From assembly GCA_964472875.1 (NCBI GenBank), contig CAYYMD010000006.1, positions 6,236 through 70,235 on the forward strand: DNA of 64,000 nucleotides. Direction: 5' to 3'. The notes under the pieces were generated by a model that worked only from the letters and a program-made list of their open reading frames with translations, made no database searches and was not told the origin of the DNA. Origin of the DNA: an uncultured Planctomycetaceae bacterium (lineage in GTDB: Bacteria; Planctomycetota; Phycisphaerae; SM23-33). This document shows positions 48,206-57,524 of this stretch, in pieces; the first letter of the stretch is position 1; the number at the start of each line of letters is the position of its first letter. The position numbers and the translations under genes were made by a program.

Positions 48206-49669
48206 TTACCAATGGTCTGTTCTAAATGGCGAGGCGGGCAGGCCTTCGGCGTTGTACAGATTGCACCGGCATGGATTCATCCTGTACCCGTACCTGACGG
48301 CCACGGGATGCTTTACCTGCGGCGATGAAACGATAACCGTGTTGGTCTTCGGATCTATTTTTGCCTCGGCCCAGTGCCATTTTCTGTCCTTGCCGGCTAT
48401 AGCAAAACCATTCAGTTCGCCGTCGGGAACTTTGCGGGTAGGCGCCACGCCTTCCTTTTTTCCGACCATCAAACCGCTGCCAACGTGCTCGAAGGTTATA
48501 CGGATTTTGTCTCCTTCGACCTTGTGGGACTTGTAAAGCGGGCCGCTGAAGACCAGGTCCTTCATACCGTAACCCTTGGCAAGCGCCCACAGCGCCAGCC
48601 GCTTGCCCACATCCTGCTTGTTTTTAGGATGAATATCTTTGGCTTCTCCAATATCTATCGTTACGGCCATGCCGGTGTTCTTCAGTTCCAGCGCCTTTCT
48701 CTGCGCCTCGCGGACTCTGGCCCACCCGTCGCCTCCGGCGGGATTGCCGTTCCTTTTCCTGAAGTTCGCCAACTGTACATAGTAGAATGGGAAATCGCCC
48801 TGCCCCCAGCACTTGCGCCAGCCGTATATCAACGCCTTCATCTTGTGAAAATAAGACATTCCCTCCCGGCCATTTGACTCACCCTGGTACCAGATAACCC
48901 CGCGTATTGCATAAGGCACCAGCGGCGCAATCATACCGTTGTATAACTTCGTCGGCTCCTGGTGGCTTCGGCCTATTTTACCGTCCTCTATTTTCTCCGT
49001 GATTTTCTTAAGCTCCGGCACCATCCTGAAGCCAACCGGCGGAGTCCACGGTTCTATTCGCGTTCCGCCCCAGTTTGAACCGATAAGTCCCACGGGAACC
49101 TTTTTATCCTTGTAAATTTTTCTGCCGAAGAAGTACCCCACCCCGGAGAACCTTCCCACCGTTTCTGGAGTACAAACCTGCCAATGGCCCTTGACATTAT
49201 CCTGCGGGACGCCTTTGGAGATGTGGCCTATCGTAAGTAACCTGATGGAGGAATGCTTGGCGGCAGCAATTTCGTCTTTGGCGTTAGTTACCCTGCTTAC
49301 GGCCCATTCCATGTTCGACTGGCCAGAGCATATCCAGACTTCACCCACAAGAACATTTTTGAGGGTCAGTTTTTCGTCCCCCGCCGCGGATTCGACTGTT
49401 AGTTTTTGCCCTTCGGCCGATGCCTTGAGCGCATCCAGTTTAACCATCCACCGGCCGTTCTTGTCGGCGACGGCTTGTTTAGTCTGGTCGCCGAATTTGA
49501 TTTTTACCTTCTTTCCGGGGTCCGCCCATCCCCAGATTGGCACGGGCATGTCGCGCTGAAGGACCATGTTGTCGGTCATAAAACCCGGCAGGCGCACATC
49601 GGCCGGCGCCACCGCAGGCAGGATAAACACAATTGTCAGTACCAAAACGTTCAATCTCATCTTTTTCAT
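48206..49669 (-). CDS. Sialate O-acetylesterase-like SGNH carbohydrate esterase, secreted
   Basis: 487-aa ORF. GEVWICSGQSNMEW (SGNH block I), WYQGESN, Sec signal. Confidence 0.85.
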   Translation of the reverse strand: MKKMRLNVLVLTIVFILPAVAPADVRLPGFMTDNMVLQRDMPVPIWGWADPGKKVKIKFGDQTKQAVADKNGRWMVKLDALKASAEGQKLTVESAAGDEKLTLKNVLVGEVWICSGQSNMEWAVSRVTNAKDEIAAAKHSSIRLLTIGHISKGVPQDNVKGHWQVCTPETVGRFSGVGYFFGRKIYKDKKVPVGLIGSNWGGTRIEPWTPPVGFRMVPELKKITEKIEDGKIGRSHQEPTKLYNGMIAPLVPYAIRGVIWYQGESNGREGMSYFHKMKALIYGWRKCWGQGDFPFYYVQLANFRKRNGNPAGGDGWARVREAQRKALELKNTGMAVTIDIGEAKDIHPKNKQDVGKRLALWALAKGYGMKDLVFSGPLYKSHKVEGDKIRITFEHVGSGLMVGKKEGVAPTRKVPDGELNGFAIAGKDRKWHWAEAKIDPKTNTVIVSSPQVKHPVAVRYGYRMNPCRCNLYNAEGLPASPFRTDHW

Positions 49670-49896
49670 TCGTATTTCCTTTGCTGATAAGCCGCCGTCA
49701 TTGCCATCGTGTTGTTCTGTTCACTCACATCTTTGCTAATAATAAAACGACAAAAACCGTCTGGAGTTACGGCAAATCAAAAAATTATTGCAAAACACGG
49801 GCTTTACAACATTGTTCATTGGTTGCTGAATCCTGAACCGTACAGCCCTGAAGGTTCTGATAAGTATTCACTTATTTTCACTTAGCGGTTACGTGC

Positions 49897-51288
49897 TTAT
49901 TGGCGGCTACGTGCTTTTTGTTCCGTGGCTATTCCTTCGTCACCCTGCTGTTCCATCCAGGCGCAAAGTTGCTTTCTTAGTTGAGCAATTCTCTCAGCAT
50001 GCCCAGTTTCGTCGGCCAGATTTTCCAATTCATTCGGGTCTTTTTCGAGGTCGTAAAACTCTACGGCCGGCCTGTGCTGGTAGCGGCGGACAACTTCGGC
50101 GGCCCGATTGTTGGTCTTCGCCAGTTTTTTCCACTCGGACCAGAAGGAGCATCGTCCGGATGTAATCCAATTCGTGAACTTCGCCTCATGATTCAGGTTC
50201 AGGATGAGTTTGTAACGCTCGTCGCGGACTGAGCGTATGGGATAGCACCCGCCATTGATAATACCGAGTGTGGTGTGGACACCGTAGGCATATTCGCGAT
50301 GTCTGTTGCTCTTGCCGACAAGCACATCGTAGAAACTTCGCCCGTCAAAGCCCCGACCGCCGCCGGGCGCGCCGTCTATGCCGGTGTCTGTCTTTTTCGG
50401 GTCGCCGCCCGCGGCATGGATTAACGTCGGAACCACGTCCACGTACTGGACCATCGCGTCGGTGCCGATGCCGGCCTCGATACGCCTGGGCCAACGGACA
50501 ATAAGCGCCGTGTGCAGGCCCGCCTCGTAGCAGGTCCACTTGGCCAGCGGAAACGACGCACCCTGCTCGCTGGTGAAGATGAAAATCGTATCCTCCGCCC
50601 GCCCGCGGCCCTCGACCTGTTTCATCAGCGAACCGACCTCCTCATCCAGCGATCCTATCTCGGCCAAGTACCGCCGGCGCACGTCGCGCATGGCGGGTGT
50701 ATCGAGCAGGTACGGCGGGATGGAGATATTATCAGCGTCGTATTCGTCGGCGTCGCCGCTGTTCCAAGGTCCGTGGGCGTTATCCGAACAGTAAACCAGG
50801 CAGTAGGGCTTGTCATCGGCGTCGATGAACTGCTTCGTCTTTTTGGGATTCACGCGTTCGAATGGAAACGATTGCGGCGGTCCGAAATGCCTTTTACCTG
50901 CCTGGCCGACGCGGTACCCCAGCCCGCGCAGGTGGTGCGCCATGCTCTTTACGCCGTCATAAACATGGCTGTGGTTAGGATAAGCGCCGTTGCGGACGGG
51001 GAAAATGCCGGTGTAGAGTTGCTGGCGGGTCGGGGCGCACATGGCCGTGGCCGTGAAGCAGCGGTCGAATCGCATACCTTCTTCGGCCAGGCGATCTATA
51101 TTCGGCGTCCTCGCGTCGCGGCTTCCGTAACAGCCGAAGTCCTTCCATGTGGTGTCGTCAGAAATTACCATGACGATGTCAGGCCTTTTCGGGCCTGCGT
51201 TTTGAGCTACAGTAGTTATGCCACCATACGCAGCCGCGCCTGCAAAAGCGCCCGCATTCATTAAAAACTGTCGTCTGTTAATATTCAT
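49897..51288 (-). CDS. Sulfatase (Cys-type), Tat signal
   Basis: 463-aa ORF. INRRQFLMNAGAFAG. ISDDTTWKD. CAPTRQQLYTG. AAGGAG SD. Confidence 0.9.
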   Translation of the reverse strand: MNINRRQFLMNAGAFAGAAAYGGITTVAQNAGPKRPDIVMVISDDTTWKDFGCYGSRDARTPNIDRLAEEGMRFDRCFTATAMCAPTRQQLYTGIFPVRNGAYPNHSHVYDGVKSMAHHLRGLGYRVGQAGKRHFGPPQSFPFERVNPKKTKQFIDADDKPYCLVYCSDNAHGPWNSGDADEYDADNISIPPYLLDTPAMRDVRRRYLAEIGSLDEEVGSLMKQVEGRGRAEDTIFIFTSEQGASFPLAKWTCYEAGLHTALIVRWPRRIEAGIGTDAMVQYVDVVPTLIHAAGGDPKKTDTGIDGAPGGGRGFDGRSFYDVLVGKSNRHREYAYGVHTTLGIINGGCYPIRSVRDERYKLILNLNHEAKFTNWITSGRCSFWSEWKKLAKTNNRAAEVVRRYQHRPAVEFYDLEKDPNELENLADETGHAERIAQLRKQLCAWMEQQGDEGIATEQKARSRQ

Positions 51289-51324
51289 CCTGACTCCTTA
51301 TAGATAACTCGATCCGTCTGGTGA

Positions 51325-52014
51325 TTAAATTTTCGATGCCCGGAACATATCCGCCATGCCGAATATGAATTTTTCGTGACCGGTTACTTCAAAACCTGCG
51401 GACTGCAGCCGGCGGGCCATAGTGTGCGGACTTATAAAACCGGCTATGGAATCCACGAAGTAACGGTATTCCGCATAAAGCCCTCCCGCTATAATCGCAG
51501 CCGTTATCGGCATGATGCGATTAAGATAGAAACGCGCAAAATATTCCGCCAAATCCTCGGCGTCGCGTGAAAAAAATTCCAGTACAACCAGCCGTCCGCC
51601 GGGCCTGATTACCCTGGCCAGTTCATCCAGGGCCTTCTTAACGTCGCCGGCGTTCCGCAGGCCGAACGCTATAATTGCCGCATCGAAACTCGAGGCATCG
51701 AATGGCATCGCCAGCACGTCGCCCTCAACCCACTCTACGCGTGGGTCGTTATATTTATGGTGGGCCACTTCCAGCATTTCCCGGCAGAAATCCAACCCAA
51801 CGACACGCCCGGCTGGACCCGACGCCAGAAGCCCCGCCATATCGCCTGTCCCGCAGGCAGCGTCGAGTACGTTCCACCCCGGCCGCACGCCGGCCGCTTG
51901 CACGGCGCGGCGCCGCCAACGCTGGTCCTGCCAGAAGGAATGAATGCGATTGTTGATGTCATACCCCCGGGCGACCCGCGAAAATATTCTTCGAATGTCG
52001 TCCGATGATTTCAT
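51325..52014 (-). CDS. ubiE: Demethylmenaquinone/ubiquinone C-methyltransferase (UbiE/MenG family)
   Basis: 229-aa ORF. YDINNRIHSFWQDQRWRR and VLDAACGTGDMAG SAM motif. GGAGG SD. Confidence 0.8.
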   Translation of the reverse strand: MKSSDDIRRIFSRVARGYDINNRIHSFWQDQRWRRRAVQAAGVRPGWNVLDAACGTGDMAGLLASGPAGRVVGLDFCREMLEVAHHKYNDPRVEWVEGDVLAMPFDASSFDAAIIAFGLRNAGDVKKALDELARVIRPGGRLVVLEFFSRDAEDLAEYFARFYLNRIMPITAAIIAGGLYAEYRYFVDSIAGFISPHTMARRLQSAGFEVTGHEKFIFGMADMFRASKI

Positions 52015-52032
52015 CGAGCCAAGACCTCCGCT

Positions 52033-54024
52033 TTACGCGCCGTACATTTCCAGTATTTTTTTCCGCGCCTTCCGGGCGTGTTCGGTCCCGGGATATTTGC
52101 TGATAATATCCAGCAGAATGTCGGCGGCCTTATCGGGCTTGTCGGTCTGCTCGGCCTCCAGCGCCTGGTCGTACATCTCCTGCGCCTTTCGCCGGTGCAC
52201 CGCGGCCGCGGTGGGCGGCACGACTTCGGAGGCCCTTAGTTTGCCCGAATAGTCCGCCTGCGGCCAGTCGGCGAGTTCACCCGGAAGCTCCACGCCAAGC
52301 AGCGGAATACCTTCCAGTGGGTGGTCCATCAGCCATTTCAGCGACATAGTAGCGAAGGAGGTGTTCGGATAATGATTGACTACCCACAGCAGAAGGTTTG
52401 CCGCCTCGCCGGGTTTGTTCCGGTCAAGCTGATGCCCCGCCTGGCGGAAGAGCAATTGTGCCTGATTTTCCGCTTCCTGCTTGTCCTTCCGGAGAACGGA
52501 CGGCGCCACCAGTGAGCACAGGCGCACCGTGGTGCCCCGTTTGCCGCGACGCTGCAGCAATTGCCTGTCGGAAACGCCGCGAAACTCCCGCCGCGCGTGA
52601 ACCATCACCGCGTAACTGTAAGGCGATACGCTGCCGTCGCAATACATCGGCAGCGCGGGGAACAATGCGACCTTGTGCTTCCGGGCCTTTTTTAGTTTGC
52701 TCAGCCATTCACTTCGCCTCGGCGGCAGACCTATCCACTGGCTTTCCTTCTCGATATACCACCCGCTATCCTCAAACGGCCAGGCCGCTGCCGCAACAAC
52801 ACCTTTGAACAGGTCTTCGTTCAATCTAACTTTTTCGCCGGTTTCGCTGCTTGAAAATTCCTTCCGCCCGCCGTCGTATACAGATGACCATGGCGTAACC
52901 GGCGGAAGCCCCGACGTTCTCCACTGCACGTACCGGCCTGGATTACCGGTCCTGGCGGCCTGGGTCAGTATTTCGAACGGCGCGGGATAATACTGATTGC
53001 CGCCGTCCAGGTCCAGCCCGTCCAGTTTTTCGCCATAGCGCCCGCCTATCTCAGTAATCACACGCACGAAATTTTTAAGCCAGTCGTTTCGGTTTTTGCC
53101 GTAATACTGATGCCGGTAATGATAGGAATGCCCGGGATGGTAATATAACACCCACCGCATATCCCGCTTGTGCAACTCGTCTGCTATTTTGCCCAGTATG
53201 TCATTTTTGTAGGTGAAGCCGCGTCGCAGTTTATCTATCGACTTCAGCGGGGCCGGCCACCGCCAGTGCGCCCAGTGGATTGTCTCGACCCACGCAGCGC
53301 CCATCTCCTCGGCCATGTCTGCATGGCGGACAGGGTCGAACCGCCTGTTAATATTGTGCAGATTCCACGCCCTACCCACCACCGGATATGCCGAAGGCGC
53401 CGTGCGTATGCCATAGGTCCCCTTGCTCAGCCATGTGGTATTCGTGTCGGAACGAAATTTCTCCAGGCGCTTTTTCCACTGCGTGTACTTTTCCTCGGCG
53501 ATAAGTTCCAGACCGAACAGCGACGCCCGGCCGTCTTCTTTTACCACGCGGACCTCGACCTTGCTCACTCCGGACGGAAGTTCGAGCGTCTCGGCCGCAA
53601 TAACCCGGCCGGTGCATTTCAAAGTTACCTGGTTCTGCGGACCGATTATCGCTATCTCCTCGCCTGTGGCGAATTTTTCCCCGCCGTCCGGCCCTGCGAC
53701 GGCCGTGACTATGTAACTGCGGGTCTTATCCGCCCTGATGACCCAGCGGAGATATCTCTTACGCCCCTGCCAGCGAACACCAGTGTCGTTTCTGCTTTCT
53801 TTGACGCCGCCGCTGCGGTCGGCCATGTCCGCCTTGAGGTACGTAACCGCCTCGGGACGAATATCCACCGGCCCTCCGCGAGGGTATGACCAGTCATAAT
53901 TAAACGCTGCGTGAGAGGGTGTGATTTTCTCCCTCTTTTCCGCCCCGACGGCCTGCCGCGGCAAAAATGCCGTTGAACATCCCAGGAACATCACCGTCAC
54001 GAAAAAATATTTTAATGCCTTCAT
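52033..54024 (-). CDS. Secreted hypothetical protein: N-terminal beta-rich region, central TIM-barrel-like region (weak GH29-like pattern), two C-terminal YbgF/TPR-type repeats
   Basis: ORF 52033..54105. Start at the ATG at 54024 (MKALKYFFVTVMFLGCSTAF) with a GAGGAG SD. GKIADELHKRDMRWVLYYHPG...GEKLDGLDLDG resembles the GH29 layout. The C-terminal repeats share KPxxAAxxLLxxxxxYPxT. Confidence 0.55.
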   Translation of the reverse strand: MKALKYFFVTVMFLGCSTAFLPRQAVGAEKREKITPSHAAFNYDWSYPRGGPVDIRPEAVTYLKADMADRSGGVKESRNDTGVRWQGRKRYLRWVIRADKTRSYIVTAVAGPDGGEKFATGEEIAIIGPQNQVTLKCTGRVIAAETLELPSGVSKVEVRVVKEDGRASLFGLELIAEEKYTQWKKRLEKFRSDTNTTWLSKGTYGIRTAPSAYPVVGRAWNLHNINRRFDPVRHADMAEEMGAAWVETIHWAHWRWPAPLKSIDKLRRGFTYKNDILGKIADELHKRDMRWVLYYHPGHSYHYRHQYYGKNRNDWLKNFVRVITEIGGRYGEKLDGLDLDGGNQYYPAPFEILTQAARTGNPGRYVQWRTSGLPPVTPWSSVYDGGRKEFSSSETGEKVRLNEDLFKGVVAAAAWPFEDSGWYIEKESQWIGLPPRRSEWLSKLKKARKHKVALFPALPMYCDGSVSPYSYAVMVHARREFRGVSDRQLLQRRGKRGTTVRLCSLVAPSVLRKDKQEAENQAQLLFRQAGHQLDRNKPGEAANLLLWVVNHYPNTSFATMSLKWLMDHPLEGIPLLGVELPGELADWPQADYSGKLRASEVVPPTAAAVHRRKAQEMYDQALEAEQTDKPDKAADILLDIISKYPGTEHARKARKKILEMYGA

Positions 54025-54157
54025 CGCATTAATCTCCTCTGCTGTTAATCCGCTCTGGACCGGGCCATATTGTTCGATGTCTGCCGACCCCGCCACATCG
54101 GGCATTGTACGTTTTACTTTAACACATTTTTACTGCAAAAAGTCCGGATTTTTCCCC

Positions 54158-54185
54158 TTGGCGTATTTGGCAAATCGGGTATAAT
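54158..54185 (+). promoter_or_regulatory. Promoter for the small ORF at 54229
   Basis: TTGGCG (54158-54163), 16-nt spacer, TATAAT (54180-54185). Confidence 0.4.
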
Positions 54186-54228
54186 AATAGTTGAAGATTC
54201 AAAGGATTGCCTTCGGAGGTGATCGACA

Positions 54229-54300
54229 ATGATAGAAGCATTAAGAAAAAAATGGAAAATGATTCTGCTCATCGTCCTCAGTTACGCGGCGATGTGCTGA
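54229..54300 (+). CDS. Unannotated 23-aa hydrophobic peptide (MIEALRKKWKMILLIVLSYAAMC)
   Basis: Own reading. GGAGGTGA SD 6 nt before the ATG. Basic N-terminus followed by one hydrophobic helix. It is the lone plus-strand unit between two minus-strand genes and is below the ORF-track cut-off. Confidence 0.35.
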   Translation: MIEALRKKWKMILLIVLSYAAMC

Positions 54301-54383
54301 CTGGCGGCGGCAGAATCGCGGAAACTCATTCTTTTGGGGTACATGCCTGAATAAAATATAACCAACTGGGGTGCGGATTGTAT

Positions 54384-54635
54384 CTACTTCACCGGATCAT
54401 ATCCGCCCTTGCAGAACGGATTGCACCGAAGCAACCGCCATATACCCATCAGCGTCCCCCTCACCAGCCCTTTCTTCCGGAGCGCCTCGATGAAATAATT
54501 GCTGCAAGTGGGCATAAAGCGGCACTGCCGCCCGATATATGGCGACAGCGTCAACTGGTACAAACGTATGAGCATCACCATCACGCCGCAGGCGAATCCG
54601 CTTATTCTCCTTATTATCGCCGCCGTTCTGCTCAT
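54384..54635 (-). CDS. yidD: Membrane protein insertion efficiency factor
   Basis: 83-aa [25 protein letters not shown]...[13 protein letters not shown]. Confidence 0.9.
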   Translation of the reverse strand: MSRTAAIIRRISGFACGVMVMLIRLYQLTLSPYIGRQCRFMPTCSNYFIEALRKKGLVRGTLMGIWRLLRCNPFCKGGYDPVK

Positions 54636-54988
54636 GTTTCCGTACCGGTTGCCCTTGAACTAAGTCTGATTATCGATTTCTCCAGTTGCTCCAGCGTCGG
54701 CTCTGACACCTTTCTGGGAATAATTACGTAATCCCAGCCGGCAGGAAGGCGGTCGCGGACCAGGCGAAATGCTTCACGGCAGAGACGTTTTATGCGGTTT
54801 CTCTTCACGGCCTTGCCGTACTTTTTCGGTACGGCCACCGCCAGACGCGCACGCGGCGGAGACAGGTCACTTCGCCGCAGCACCAGCAGCGTTATGCAGC
54901 CGTCACTGGCGCGTTTGCCGGCCTCGAAAACGCGGGAGATATCCTCCCGGCGCGTAACTCGAAATTCCCTGCCTGCTTGCTGGTTCAT
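54632..54988 (-). CDS. rnpA: Ribonuclease P protein component
   Basis: 118-aa ORF. Basic RnpA pattern ([18 protein letters not shown]...[16 protein letters not shown]). 4-nt ATGA overlap with yidD. Confidence 0.85.
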   Translation of the reverse strand: MNQQAGREFRVTRREDISRVFEAGKRASDGCITLLVLRRSDLSPPRARLAVAVPKKYGKAVKRNRIKRLCREAFRLVRDRLPAGWDYVIIPRKVSEPTLEQLEKSIIRLSSRATGTET

Positions 54989-55076
54989 TGGTGTTTGCTC
55001 GCTGAGTACACTTTCATTGCACGAGAAATCATTCTACAGCCGAGTTTTATATAAGACAGCGGTTATATGCAAAATC

Positions 55077-55105
55077 TTGACTGCGACAGCGTAAAACATT
55101 ACATA
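55077..55105 (+). promoter_or_regulatory. Possible promoter for the TPR lipoprotein gene
   Basis: TTGACT (55077-55082), 17-nt spacer, TACATA (55100-55105), ~48 nt upstream of the ATG at 55153. Confidence 0.3.
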
Positions 55106-55152
55106 TAAACTTCGGAAATTAACCCCGCCGGCAAAAAGAAAGAAATAATTAA

Positions 55153-56181
55153 ATGCTTTTAAACAAGGCGATGTACATCGCGGCAGCAGTAATTGCCGCT
55201 GTATCGGCCGTCGGGTGCGACATGCAATCGGCGCCGCAGCCCAAAGACGCCATAGACCATTACGTGGCAGGGCAATTGCTCGCCGACCAGGGCGAAATAG
55301 ACCGTGCCCTGGCCGAACTTGCCCGTGCGGTTGAAACCGACCCCGACCTGGCCGTGGCGTACACCGCGATGGGCGATATCCACCGCAAGGATGGCAACTA
55401 CGAAATCGCCAGCCGATTCTACCAGAACGCATGCCAGGCCAACAGCTACGCTTTCCGGCCGCATTACAATCTCGGCGTGACCTACCAGGCGCTGTCCCGC
55501 ACGGCCGAATATCTCGACAAGGCCCAGGAATATCTCAAGAAAGCCGTCAGCACTTACCTGCGGGCCATCGCTATCTCGCCGCGGGATTTCGATGCAAACC
55601 TCAACATAAGCGCGTGCTATTTCGAACTGGGCAAATTCGACATGGCCGAGCAATACTGCAACACCGCCATAGAAATCAACCCTCAAAATCCGCAGGCCAA
55701 AAGCAATCTTGGAATGATACTGGACAGCCAGGGCCGACACTACGAGGCCATAGACGCATACAAGAGTTCACTGGAACTCAATCCGCAACAGCCGGACATA
55801 CTCGTGAATCTGGGGATGACCTACGTTCAACTCGGTCGGCTCAAATCCGCAATCGGCGCGTTCAAAACCGCCGCCAGGCAACAACCGGAAAATCCGCAGC
55901 CGTGGGTGCAGATGGGCGCATGCAGATATCGCATGGGCAACTACGACGAGGCGGAGCAGGCGTATCGCCAGGCCGTGGAACTGGACAAAAATAACGCCGT
56001 TGCTCACCGCGGCATCGGCGTGGTGTATATGAGCAAGTTTGTGCTTGAGCCGAAAAAGACCGCTCTTCGCGATAAAGCCATTGAGGCCTGGCACCGCTCG
56101 CTGGAAATCGATCCCGACCAGGACGACCTCGTGCGGCTTGTCAAAAAATACACTCCCAAATACCAGGGCCCCGAACTGTAA
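55153..56181 (+). CDS. Tetratricopeptide-repeat lipoprotein
   Basis: 342-aa ORF. AVSAVGC lipobox, followed by about 8 TPR units (recurrent A..Y..A...P....A..NLG pattern). Confidence 0.8.
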   Translation: MLLNKAMYIAAAVIAAVSAVGCDMQSAPQPKDAIDHYVAGQLLADQGEIDRALAELARAVETDPDLAVAYTAMGDIHRKDGNYEIASRFYQNACQANSYAFRPHYNLGVTYQALSRTAEYLDKAQEYLKKAVSTYLRAIAISPRDFDANLNISACYFELGKFDMAEQYCNTAIEINPQNPQAKSNLGMILDSQGRHYEAIDAYKSSLELNPQQPDILVNLGMTYVQLGRLKSAIGAFKTAARQQPENPQPWVQMGACRYRMGNYDEAEQAYRQAVELDKNNAVAHRGIGVVYMSKFVLEPKKTALRDKAIEAWHRSLEIDPDQDDLVRLVKKYTPKYQGPEL

Positions 56182-56348
56182 TCAACTAACCGCATCGCAC
56201 TGCACCACACATACGCGCGGTATTCCGCTCGGCCAAGTCGGTTACACCGCATTTAAACCATCCCACTACTTTTTGTTTTCCCCGCCAAAGATTGTAGAAT
56301 GTATCGTCGGCACAGCGGGTGATACACCATACCTGCACGGACTCCACA

Positions 56349-57500
56349 ATGATAGATATATCAAGACTATACTGCGGCCTGAGCAGCCAAACCGATTCGC
56401 TTCGTTACGGCCGCCGGCGCCAGCACGGCCCGGTGGTAGTTTTCAACTGCACGCGAAGGTGCAATCTTCGCTGCGCGCACTGTTATCTGGCCAGCGACAA
56501 CGCTCCCGGCCGCGACGAGATGACCACCAGCCAGTGTATCTCGCTGTTGGACGACCTCGCCGCAGCCGATGTGCCCGTAGTGCTGTTTTCCGGCGGCGAG
56601 CCGCTGATGCGGGATGATATAGCCGAACTGATTACTCATGCCCGCGGGCTCGGCATGCGTGCGGTGCTGTCCACCAACGGCACGCTGATAACGCCGGAGA
56701 CGGCAAAACGGCTGGCCGAGGCGGGAGCGCTTTACGCAGGCGTGTCGCTGGACGGCATGCGCGACACTAACGACGCGTTTCGCGGCGTGGACGGGGCCTT
56801 CGAACTGGCGCTGGCAGGCATTCGCAACTGCCTGGCAATGGGGCTCAAGGCGGGGCTTCGGCTGACGATGACGCGACGAAACCTCGACGACCTGCCGGCG
56901 ATATTCGACCTTATCGAGCGCGAGCGAATCCCGCGGGTATGCTTCTATCACCTGGTGTATACCGGACGGGGTGCTGACATCCGCAGCGACGCCCCGGACC
57001 ACCGGCAGAGCCGCCGGGCCGTTGATATGATTATCGACCGCACGGCCGAGATGCACCGACGCGGGCACAAGCCGCAGGTCCTGACCGTGGACAATCACGC
57101 CGACGGTCCGTATCTCTACATGCGTCTGCTCAGGGAAGACCCCACAGGCGCCGAGCAGTGTCTGCGCGACCTGCAAGCCAACGGCGGCAATCGGTCCGGT
57201 GAGGGCATCGCCGCAATTAATTACGACGGCGACGTCATGCCAGACCAGTTCTGGCGGCAGCACGTGCTCGGCAATGCGATACAACAACCTTTCGGCCGTA
57301 TCTGGAATGAATCCGACGGCGCGGCGGAACTGCTGGCTCAGCTCCGCCGTCGCAAGGAATTACTCACCGGCCGATGCGCCCGCTGCCGCTGGCTGGATAT
57401 GTGCAACGGCAACCTCCGAGCCCGCGCCGAGGCCGACGGCGACATCTGGGGCGACGACCCCGCCTGCTACCTTACCGACAATGAAATTTTTGAAAAATAA
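56349..57500 (+). CDS. Radical SAM/SPASM protein of the NirJ/AhbC/AhbD (tetrapyrrole-modifying) type
   Basis: ORF 56319..57500. VVVFNCTRRCNLRCAHCY, SGGEPLMR, C-terminal CARCRWLDMCNGNLR and DPACYLT. Start set at the ATG at 56349; the GTG at 56319 is also possible. Confidence 0.7.
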   Translation: MIDISRLYCGLSSQTDSLRYGRRRQHGPVVVFNCTRRCNLRCAHCYLASDNAPGRDEMTTSQCISLLDDLAAADVPVVLFSGGEPLMRDDIAELITHARGLGMRAVLSTNGTLITPETAKRLAEAGALYAGVSLDGMRDTNDAFRGVDGAFELALAGIRNCLAMGLKAGLRLTMTRRNLDDLPAIFDLIERERIPRVCFYHLVYTGRGADIRSDAPDHRQSRRAVDMIIDRTAEMHRRGHKPQVLTVDNHADGPYLYMRLLREDPTGAEQCLRDLQANGGNRSGEGIAAINYDGDVMPDQFWRQHVLGNAIQQPFGRIWNESDGAAELLAQLRRRKELLTGRCARCRWLDMCNGNLRARAEADGDIWGDDPACYLTDNEIFEK

Positions 57501-57524
57501 CCGGGACTTCGCCTTCTGAAAACC

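Noticed and set aside
56367-57287. 306-aa minus-strand ORF
   Set aside because: It is antisense to the radical SAM/SPASM gene, whose motifs are clear. It is a shadow ORF.
56349-57500. Radical SAM/SPASM gene as the anaerobic sulfatase-maturating enzyme for the five Cys-type sulfatases
   Set aside because: The N- and C-terminal patterns (PVVVFNCTRRCNLRCAHCY ... DPACYLT) match the NirJ/Ahb type I recall rather than anSME. It also lies outside the sulfatase locus on the other strand. A database search is still worthwhile.
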